Origin: Phoronis australis
Taxonomy: Eukaryota; Animalia; Phoronida
Reading direction: 5' to 3'
DNA: 64,000 bases
Assembly: GCA_002633005.1 (NCBI GenBank)
Contig: NMRA01000203.1
Location: 342,015 to 406,014, forward strand
The notes beneath the pieces were generated by a model. That model searched no databases. It worked only from the letters and a program-made list of their open reading frames with translations, and was not told where the DNA came from. Made by a program: the position numbers and the translations under genes. Positions 37,930-48,700 of the stretch are shown in pieces; position 1 is the first letter of the stretch, and each line of letters begins with the position of its first letter.

Positions 37930-40900
37930 ATGCCTGTCCAAAACGCGTTTCAATGTCCCTTTTCTGAGAAGGGTCGTGAAATACTTGGAACAATAGCCGC
38001 CGTTATCAATGTGATATTAGTATTATCGGGTTGCGGAATTCTCATCGCTGGATGGTTCTACAACTATAAAATCGAGTCCAAGTTTGCTCTATTAGAAGGT
38101 TACAATGCTTATACGCTAGCGTTCATGCTGATGACGGAAGGAGCTTTTATGATGTTCATACATTCATTTGGTATGATCATAACATACGACTGCAGGTCCT
38201 ACGTAACACGGAAAAAGTTGAAGAACGCGCTGTTTCCTTTCGTTTTGATTAGCTTTTGTTTTGGATGGGTTTTATTTGTATCTTTCATAATGTGTTTTGC
38301 TCACAAATCCGTCATAGAGAAAGCCTTCAACTTGAGCCTTACCAATGCACTGCACGCGTACAAACTAACGAACAGCATCGAAATCAAAGCCAGCGTGGAT
38401 CGACTTCAAATGGAATACCATTGCTGTGGTGCGGCAGCCTATACGGATTGGTTCACTACTAGCTGGATTAGCACTAATTGGCTCAATGTTTCAAATCCTA
38501 ATGTTATCAAGTAAGCATTTAGGGTTGGGCCAAGCTGAAAACCGACCAAAATTATTAATCGTTTACCGTCAGCAGCCCCACCAGGCTAGACGAGAAAATC
38601 TTCTTAATCCAAGTTTCAAATAATTCATTTAAGGCGAATGCAGGCCACGTTTTTGTACTTTTGTGTCCCACAAGGTTCTGAAAAATGACATAAAAAACCG
38701 AAATTTTCATAGATACCAGTGCCCAGTTGCACGAAACAGTATCTGCATCTTCTGCATGTTTGCGGACTTGAGAAAACAATGATTGTCTTCCTTTTTCTGG
38801 TTTAGTTTCACTACTAACCACTTTTTGTATTTGATGCAAATCGAGGCTGACCTCAACGTGGAATTCTCAATTTTCTTGAAAGCGATTGGAATCTTTTCAT
38901 GCAACGCCCTTAACTTAAGGACCTTATATATATGTATTTTCATTGAACTTAGACCAGTTTTCAGTTGTATTATTAGAAAATGACACGTGTCAACTGAGGA
39001 GCTTATAATAAAGTATTACATCTGTGAGTAAAAAACGACACAAATACGCAAAAGATGTGGGGAACTTGGTTGAGTCCCTATTTGAAACTGTTTCGTGTAT
39101 CCGGGCACTGGAGTCCCAATGGTCCTTCTTCCCTCATCAGTAACCCTTTTACCGTAAACTTTCTTTCAGGAGACTCAAGCAAGGAGAATTCTTTGTTGAC
39201 GATGTTCCGTTCAGTTGTTGTGATATTGGCGTAGTAAAACCTTGTATACACCATGGCTTGACTGACAAAACCCGACACCGTCACTACGCCGGCCTATCAA
39301 TTTACGAAGAAGGCTGCACCTCTGTTTTCCTGGACTATGCGATGACCAACCTCCTCATTCCCCTCGGTATTTCCATGTTGGTAGCGTGGTTGTTAGAAGT
39401 GAGTCGTTTATTAAGCTTTCATTCTTCCACCAACTAATACATGCAGATTGAACTTTGATATTCACTATCCTATGCGACAACCTGTGTTGTGACGGCAAAA
39501 TGTCAGGAAAACAAGCAGATCTTTCCCATCATGTAGTGGGCAGGCCGAGCGATCAGATGTTTTATGCAATTCGTTCCTGGCTTGTTTCCATATCAACTAT
39601 ATTCAACACCGGTGATATTAAAGTTGAAACTGGTCTGTTGGATTACTTCTTTGATTTTCTAGATATCCAGAGACCTGTCGTCTCCTTGGATGGAATGTTA
39701 ACTGTGATGAATCGCAGGAACTCTGGTCACTTTTGATCTTGAAACTGTTTCTATTCTCTCATTCTAGGATGAAGATAATTTAAGTCTGACTGTGGGGCTG
39801 TGATATAAATAGCCTCCTGCACACCTCTCTCGAACCATTTCTCTGCACAGGATCTCTACATTTCCATTGCTGAACTCATGATTATGTTCATGCAGATGAT
39901 TATAGACAGCTGATGAGACTCCTTCCCACGCAGCCGTTTTTTGGTTGGTTGCTTTGCCTCACCCACGTAAAACTCCTCACACTGTTCTCCTTCACAGTGA
40001 ATAACATAGACACCCCTTTCACGTACGGGAAAGCAATCACAGTTTTAGGACGCTCACGAATGTTGCGCTCACCGGTACTGTCCTGTCTCCTGGTTACCCT
40101 AGAGATGGACCCTAGTGTTGCTACGCAAAATGGTCCATCTGTAGGACCACCAGGAGACAGGAAAGAACCGGTGAGCGCAAGATCTGTAAGAGTCCTAAAA
40201 CTGAGGCTGCTTTCCCGTACAGTGGAAGGGATTTATCAAAATACAACGAATGTGGCATCAATTTAATATCAGAGTGGCACATAAATCAGTTAAAACCCTG
40301 AAACAACTCATGGTGCACCCTGAAGAAAAGCAGAAAAAGGATTGTATTAGTGGGGTCGTCTATGGTATTCACTGCGAAGGAGCCCAATGTGAGGACTTTT
40401 ATGTGGTCGAGACTGAACAACGGCTCAAGAAACGTGTGGATCAACATAGACGGACTGTTGGGGAAGGAATCTCATCAACTGTGTATAATCATCTGCATGA
40501 ACATACTCAGTGCAGGGAAATGCACTGGTTTGAAAGAGGTGTGCAGGAGACTATTTATATCACAGCAGTAAACTAGGTAGCGCGAGATTATGTTCATCCT
40601 GGAACGAGAGTATAGAGGCAGTTTCGAGATAACACGTGACCATAGTTCCCGCGATTCATCACAGTCAACATCCGCCCATCCAAGGAGGTGAGAGGTCTCC
40701 GAAGATCCAGGAATTCAAAAAAGACAAAAAAATTGAACACGAATTGACCAGTATAGTTGGCTCTGCTGCTCACATCGTCACTGACAGGGCAAAAATCGTG
40801 CTCTCTTCTGTAGCACTGTATAGGAACACATAAAACTCGCTGCCGTAATTTCGTAAATTTTACGGTGGCTGTAAAAGGACGGCACTGCAACTTTTTTCTC

Positions 40901-43900
40901 CGTTGCTAACTCTAGAATTACTATCTCTATGGATAGACTTACTTATCTCTATCAACAGTCTTACTATCTCTATCGATAGATTTACTAAGTAAACTCTATC
41001 GATAGACTTTCTTATTCTATCGATAGACTTAATAACTCTCTCGATAGACTTAATAACTCTGTCGATAGACTTAGTAACTCTATCGCTAGAGTAACGATAT
41101 CGAGGTTGCTACCTCGGTTTCAAATTAAAAATGGAGGACGGAAACAAGCACGTTGTCAATTTATTCAAGCTAAGACTGACTCAAAATGAAATAATCATGT
41201 ACACTTGCGTCGTTTTGAAGTGTCACTAATCACAAGGCAATTGTGACGTGTTTTTGACGACACATAGACTTCGACATCCGCCGTAAAAATATGACTGACT
41301 TTTATGAAGTGATTCGTTTTGTTGAAGAACAAGTCGTAGGTTCAGGTTAGATGCATGGTTACAGATTCGTGCATCAGAAGTGCGTAGCAAATGGTTTAAC
41401 TGTACCATGAGAGACAATTTGGCGGTTATTGTCATTGATCCTTCTTGAGTTGAAGCCAGACATAAACGGCTAGTTCGGAGGAGGTATGGAGTCCGCGGTG
41501 CGAATGCCGTTGGTCTCCCGAGATAATTAAGTCAGGATCTCGAGATCCTGGAAGAATTAAAAAAGAAACGTGCAATGTCATCTTTGGGCCACCGTAGAGT
41601 AGGCATTCCAGGGCTAGAGTTCTATTGTTAAACGCGAGGCTTTATTATGCGCCCACATATTTATATGTAGACTCATTATGCCGTCATTTCCGTCCGTCCG
41701 TCAGTCCGTCCGTCCGGCGTCCGCCTGCTCTATCTCCAAAACTCTTTGATGCATGTTCATGAATTTTTGCACATATGTTCCTTTTATGGATGGGACGGCA
41801 TCAGCGAACTTTCGGACGGATCCGACTACCGGTGGCAATTTTAATTTTTACGTTTACCTCTGTATCTTCGAAGCTCCTCGACGTATTTTCATACAAGTTG
41901 ACGCTATCCGCCTGTAGTTTGTGCCACCTAGTGGCCATTTTTGTTGTTTTCGAGTCTGTTTTTGTTTGGCGTCCACCTCTCTATCAACCAAACCGCTCTA
42001 AGGATGATTGTGAAAATTGGCATGTATGTTCTTACTGTGAAGAGGACGGCTGACGCTGATTTTCCGACGACTTCGGCTACTGTGGCTCTTTCAATTAAAA
42101 AAGCGATGGCATGTTCCCGTTTTCAGATGGATTAGTCGTTGGGCCACCTAGAGGCCATTTAAACAACCCTAGAAGATTACCTTTTGCGGTGCATTCGGGG
42201 GCGCATTTAAACGCTCCGCGTTGCTCGTGTGTATGTATGCGCTGTCTTGTGAAGAGCTCGGATTGCAGTGGCAGACTGCTGTTTTGATTGAGTGTACTCT
42301 TGACAACCACAATTGCAACAACCGTATGCGGCAAGCACGGATGAACATTTCAATTTTAAAACGCTTTTTAAGTTTCTGTAGGTTCAAATCTTTTTGATAT
42401 ACTTTTGAGTATAAGTGTTAAAACACACTTTGTTCTAGTGACGTGATCTTTTTGACTAAAGTGATTGAAGGAGAAAGAAACAAAATATAGAAAAACGCGA
42501 TATCTGTAGTTGTCTACGAATTTCGGTTTATAATTTGATACCATTTGCTAAAGAAACGAAAAGTGTTGGGACCTTCTCTCGTGCCATTGACGGTAATGAA
42601 TTCCTTTGCTGGAACTACTTTAGGTGGCCGAGTTTTGTCTTTCACGATATCTTCAAACTTCCATCGACAACCTTTGGCACTACTCTCCTGGTAACCCCTG
42701 CGGTGTATCACCAGGATATTTAGTAAAATACTTGGTGAGCACTATGGAGCTGTTGGCCAGCACAGCTCCACCTGGTTTCCAAGAACCTCTTTCAAGCACC
42801 AACGGTAAGCAATTGTTTAAAAGATTGTGTTCGAAGCTTTTTCTTTGGCCAACATTTCTTCTTGATCACGTAACCACAAAGCATCTTTTGCAGCGAATGG
42901 CCATACAAAGACAAATGGTAAAAGACAAAATGATGCGATCTACTGATGTAACGTTCACTAGCTTTATGAATTTCGATTTAAAACGCCAGCGTTCCCTTCT
43001 GTTTTCATTGTTCGTAAAAAGGAGCAGTCATTTTTTCAAATAGAGACAGTTTTGAAAACAATCTCTCATTCTATTTATTGCAATATACTTTGGATATGCA
43101 GTGGCGTAACCAGCTGCATGTATGGTACACAATGGAAATACAGTAAATTCAGAGGCAAAATTGTCCCGTCACAAAGACAGATGAACGCAAAGTGATCGTG
43201 AGACAACTACGTTAACATTTGAGTATTTGTTACTCTAACGCCTCAGCGAGCCTAAGCCAGACTGTGACTAACCCGTTTTAATCGATTCGCAAATTAATGT
43301 TCGTGGCTTAGCCTGGATGCTGAGGAAAACCTATTAGCTAATTTTTCTTATAATTCATTGATTTTAAAAATCCAACTACGGTTCCCATTTACTTTTCAAT
43401 TTTAATTTGGTCATTGACCTTACTTATTTTTCGTTTTTTTACTTTAAAACGCGTACGCTAAACAGGCGTGTTGGTTACGACCGCACTTATCTCATCCAAC
43501 ACGTTCAGCCAACCCCATGAATAGCGACTAGCTCACTTCAGTACCTGGCGGCGACATCAAGCCCTTGGTGTGCAGATTTAGTCGGATACTCTGAGGTAAA
43601 AACTGCACACTTTCTCGCCCACTCGTGTGCAAAACCTCTCAGCGAAAGATTTGCCTAATTATACTAAAGCCTACTTTGACGTCATGTAATAGTCCAAATG
43701 TGTTACTCATGTTTCTGACTTAGCGGACTGCAAGAAATTTCCAAACGCGCTCCAATCATTTCAGCATAGAAAACGGTAATAGAGCTGATAAGGCAAAACC
43801 ATCTTCAGAAAGCTTTGACCGATGGAAACCTAGCTAAACAGTATTGGTCTGTAATTTCTCAGTCGCACATGGAGTTGGTCTGAATATATTGCCTTTGTCA

Positions 43901-44323
43901 AATTACGTGTCTACATTGAACTGCATTTAACCATTAGACTTTCGTTTCAGAAATGAAAAATGATAACTGATGTCATGTCAAGTTAATTCTGAAATCGTGT
44001 GACTTGCTTCAGCTACAAATTGTTTTTCAGCTTCTGAAACGAGTTTGCAGCAACCGGTATCAGGCAACTACAGGACTAGCTACTCTGTGGTGGACCCTTC
44101 TACTGACGACGAATTCCCCAGTAGACCCTCTAGTTTTTCAATGACGGAAGCAGAGACCACAGCAAAAGAATCCAAGACAATGAAACGCAACGACAAAAAG
44201 AAAGAAAAGGAAACGCGAAAGAAGTCCCGAAAGTCTAAGAGTGTGTTAAAAACGAAGTCAAAAAAACGCAAAAAATCGGGGTGGATTTCATTTATTTTCG
44301 GTAAAAGGAAGAAAAAGGGCTAA
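37930..44323 (+). CDS. PRPH2: Peripherin-2/ROM1 (RDS-family) tetraspanin, exons 37930-38510, 39170-39398, 42624-42804, 44031-44323, ~427 aa
   Basis: Four TM segments; DRLQMEYHCCG, DWFxxxWIS, VDDVPFSCC, KPC, EGC, WLLE|V and RYLQTS are RDS-family motifs; GT-AG introns, phases 2/0/1. The symbol indicates family, not one-to-one orthology. Confidence 0.9.
39600..40760. mobile_element. Inverted pair of Penelope-like (Poseidon-type) GIY-YIG fragments in tetraspanin intron 2
   Basis: + ORF 40250-40576 NIRVAHK..TLKQLMVHP..SGVVYGIHC..C..FYVVETEQ.L..R..QHRR..WFERGVQETIYI; minus-strand copy at 39790-40040 (VIHCEGEQCEEFYVGE..SAVYNHL..WFERGVQEAIYI). Confidence 0.88.
40918..41095. repeat. ~21-bp degenerate tandem repeat with palindromic core TCTATCGATAGA
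   Basis: About eight actctatcgatagacttaata-like units directly upstream of the IS3EU fragment. Confidence 0.8.
41131..41515 (+). pseudogene. IS3EU-type transposase N-terminal fragment (HTH region upstream of the integrase core)
   Basis: MEDGNKHVVNLFKL.LTQNEII...RRKNMTDFYEVIRFVEEQVVGSG*MHGYRFVHQKCVANGLTVP*ET...DP..VEAR.KRLVRRRYGVRGANAV fits GYR..DPxGV..RLxRRxY..GPN; contains stops. Confidence 0.7.
41641..42230 (+). mobile_element. HINE/DINE-1-like Helentron derivative, best-preserved structure
   Basis: T-rich 5' end, subTIR ATGCGCCC (41647), (GTCC)n tract 41690-41715, 3' subTIR GGGCGCAT (~42199) followed by hairpin AACGCtccGCGTT; no TSD. Confidence 0.75.
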
Positions 44324-45728
44324 GGCTCCAGCATATGTTGTAGGGTTGGTTTCGAGTTTGATAGGTGCTTTATTTTTATATTCGTCTTTATTTAATGATT
44401 CGTATAACATTTATAATAAATTAATCTATGTTTTCTTTGGGACAAGACCCGTGGATTAAATTTTCAAACACAGACTATTTTTACCCTATTGGTAAGTCGT
44501 TGTTATGTGGAGTCACGTAACCGTGCTTTAAAATTCAAGTAATTAGCCACGACATTGGTGTGATTTTTTTAATCAAGATCTTTGGCAAATAAGAGAAGAG
44601 TCGATTTGCAGTTGGGGATATAGAATGGTGTTTTTAGTTTCCCATCTGTAAATAGTTGTGTTTTCTGGCTAACAACAAATAATAAAAATGTACACGTAAA
44701 ATGAAATAATTGTAAACAACGCTCTTTACAAAGTGTAAGAGATTTTCACGAAACGACTGCTACTCGTCACATTTGTCTGACAGCCGGATACTCCATACAT
44801 GTACAGTGTACATATTGACGTTTCTTGCGGTAGGTGTGAGTCGCTCTTCACACCATGAAAGACTAGATCCTTCAGAAAGTCGTCACTCCTGTTAAGTGGC
44901 TATTGACCGAGTCAGATGGAAGTTAGAAACAACTCTATGAAGGGATGTCTGTGAATGAATTAACTTTATTGAATTAAAAACTCTTTGGCAAAATATGATA
45001 TTTCTAGAACAAAACTCGACGAAAGGGTGAATTTTGATGGAAGATGCCAGTCAAAGAATCATTTCGTTTTTCGCACTCTTTAAACGAGTGATTATTCAAC
45101 TTGTGCTTTTCCAGCTTCATTGACATTCAGTCAGAAGGACGAATAACACGGGAACAATTCTTTTAATGCTCCATCTGGTGACGAGGTCATTTCACTCTAG
45201 ATTACTGAAGGTTTCCTTCGTAAGATCAGAAGTGTTCTCCTGTGTCAGCAACTGACAATTAGAGCAGCTCCATTTCGGGATCTCATGCTCCACCAAGTTA
45301 CAGAAATTACTATCGGCCCATTGTGACCACGTGTCTTCGGTTGCGAAAGTTCCACATTTGAGGTGGGAAAAACCACAAGCGGGCATGAACATCCGCGTTG
45401 ATGTCGGTCCAGTCCGTTCAGAGACATCGTCAGAGTTAGTAGCTCCACGTTTCTAGTATTGCAGACGGCAGTCATTAGCACAGTCACTGCAAACGGAAAT
45501 CTTGTCGGATCTATAACATTTGTAACCGGAAAATGGCTACACTTGGCTGCGCCACTTCACAGGGGACGCGTTCCATAGATGCAGATACTCGAGTAGAGGT
45601 ATAGTGGTCACGTTCTTCGCTTGAAATTCTTGGTAATATTTTTCGAAGACTTACGTGGTTTGGCTTTTCTCTGAAGAAACGTGTTCTATGGAACACAGCC
45701 TAGGTTTTGATCTAGAAATGTCGGGTCG

Positions 45729-48700
45729 TCATAAGTTGTTGGGCCTTTTACCGACATCCACTAGAAGGTGCGTATAAAGAGATTCTTCTGTAATTCTGAG
45801 AACTTTGGACGTTAGTGTACTGAAGCCGTCTATTTTTCGTCGGTCGAACAAATCTTGAGCCCCGAGCAAAACCATTCTGCAACAATGATTAAAAACGAGT
45901 AGCACTTTAATATAGAAGATAGTTAAATTTATAACCGGTGTTATGGAATAGGATATTATTTTGGCAGCCAGATCTGTTTCTCAAAGAGTTTATTGACTTT
46001 TATCTTCTTGAATTCCGGCTGAAAATAAGTCAACGGATGACTTACATCGTTTGACAAAAACCAGACTAAGGCTGAAAGTCAGATAATCTATGCAACTCAA
46101 AAGGCATAAATCAGTAGTCTGCTAGAATGGGCAGAAGATAAAACGGCTAAAAATCAACTTTTGTATATTCGCTGTCAGATTTCTGACCTTGGCTAAAGTC
46201 AGAAGACGAAAGTCAGAAATAAGCCCCTGAGCTTGATTTTAATCACTTTAATACCTTTCATTCATCCGTGGTTCCTTCCCTTTCCTGCTAATGTGTTCCA
46301 GTGCTTTATACTTGGCATATTTGTCTGGTGGTCTTCGCAATTTTAGTTTCGCAGCTTTTATTCTGCAACAGGAATGTTACAATGATCAGTGTTTGAACAA
46401 AGGGCACACATTAAAAGTGTTTTCTGTGTCCAATAACATTTGATTCAGGCAAACATTAACCAATCTTATTCGTCTAATGTTGTATCTTTTCCTAGGCATG
46501 ATGCTGGATCAATGCTCAAGAAGAACCGACAGTTCCGTATTTTCTTCCGACCAGACTCGTTCAGTTGCTGGAACGTGCGCGTTAGTTTAAACTGCCATAC
46601 AGTTTCGAACGTTAGTGTTACGTTAAGTCTTTGCCGGGGAGGAGCAAATCCGCCAGTGAAGAATGTTACTTTTGATTCGAGAACTTGTTGTGTACTCGTA
46701 CCAGGAGGTCATGCAGGCTAGTGGGTACATTACGCTTTAGTCTCAAGGTGATGTTCTGGGCCCAGGGTCGAACTCGAAAAGCTTTTTACCTAATATTTTG
46801 TGCTGGAGTACATTATGGTTTACTCAGACGAGCCCGTAGTCCAAGCTCGCAATATTGATAATATGTAGATTCGTGTTAACAGGTTTTAGTGTGATTTCGA
46901 GTGAAAAGACTAGACGCTGGGTCTTCAACTTCTTTTAATTTAGTCAAAAAATGAGGTTTATAGTAGTACCAAATGAAAAAGATTTTCTTCAGGTTTGTGA
47001 CTTATACAAGAATAAGACAGGGCTTTGTTTTGTCCCCTTATATTTTGACACGTGTCAAAATGTAGTGAATTGACAACTTTTCAGTAAGTGCGAGTGTCAA
47101 AATGTAGTGAATTGACAACTTTTCAGTAAGTGCGAGTGTCAAAATGTAGTGAATTGACAACTTTTCAGTAAGTGAGAGTGTCAAAATGTAGTGAATTGAC
47201 AACTTTTCAGTAAGTGAGAGTGTCAAAATGTAGTGAATTGACAACTTTTCAGTAAGTGTGAGTGTCAAAATGTAGTGAATTGACAACTTTTCAGTAAATG
47301 CCAGTAAAAATGAAAAGTTCAAAGTCGTGTGACCATTGCTTTTACTGTTGGACTACGTGACTGAAACTGAAACGGGGTCCCTAAATTTAAATTCCCTAGG
47401 CCCAAAAATAGTTGCTGCTTCGTTAAGACGCCGTTTTTGCTGCTTTTTTACGGTCGCTTAGTGGTCATTCGTGTCATCTACAAGTATGCTTCGTTCTGAC
47501 ACAACTGAAACACTCTAAAGATACATGCGGCAAGACAACCTCGATCATAGAAAGAAAGCCATCATTTTTCGGATAACTATAATTCCAACCTCGACTAACC
47601 GCCTATTCTGTCAGTGGCGGCACGGCCATATTTTGTACGCTAGTTGGAAGCTTCCACGCAAAATATTGGACTTTCATACGCGTGATATCGCAGAATTCGC
47701 AATAGACTTGCCTTAACGAACACACCCCAGGAGTCAGTTGTTTCATAAACTAATAATTGCTAGTAAACACGAGTGAATGCTTTTGTTTCACTCCATCACA
47801 TGGCCCACTAATCACCGTACAATCCACTACTTGACACACAAAGTGCTTTACTATACCTTTTATACATGTCGTCATCTTCACCGCCCCAACCCCAGAATAA
47901 GTTAGAGTAACCGTTTATTTGAATATAGTGTTCTTTCCTCAAGTTCAACACACCTCCGACTAACTGAGGGTAGAAATTGCTGGAAAAAAAGAATGGAGAA
48001 AGAAAAAGATCAAACTTTGTATCAAGGTATGTATAACGTGGCTAGACAATGTGAGTGTCGGGATATCCTATGCTATTAGTGAACGTTAGAACGATCGTTT
48101 ACTTCGCAGTTGGTTTTGCGCAGTTTCTCTACTGCATCAGATACATACGGTTATTTATGCTCGGAATATGTCGCGAAAATAATAGGTGCGTCGCAAGCTC
48201 CGTTTCCAGAGATAAAGAGGAGACCGTGTATAGGCGATATAAGGTCATTTATTATGACTGATAAGGTACAGAAATATGAGTGTACAAATAACATAAAGAT
48301 AAAATAATAATCTCTGGAAAGATGGGCAGGCAATAAAAAGCGCCTATTTCCAAAAAGACTGAGTATGAAATTAAGTGGTACGCTAATTAAAGATTTCATG
48401 AAAAGTTAACAATCGATTTAATTATTTTAAAGGCCAGATTTTTTGTCATGTACTACTTTTCTAATAAAAACGGTCAAGAGGTGGATCCACTGGGTTTTCA
48501 AAATCTCCTCGAGATGCAAAACTCAGCCACCTCAACAAAACGGTACACCCACTGGAAACGCTAAAATAGGAGATCCACCTCTGCCATGTTAGTAGTCGAC
48601 CCACTCGAGCAAGACAACGACCAGTCCTATTATCACATGTTCCAGACCTACCTCCGATCCTGAAGTGTATATCGAGGTGTTGATATCAGATTAGCTTGTC

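Noticed and set aside
42735-43043. Alternative GTGAGC donor at 42735 or read-through of ORF 42624-43043
   Set aside because: The phase-0 donor does not fit the 44031 exon, whereas GTAAGC at 42805 does; the read-through peptide looks intronic.
44045-44323. Stand-alone protamine/histone H1-like basic protein
   Set aside because: Begins at a strong acceptor in phase with tetraspanin exon 3, and the called start is TTG rather than ATG.
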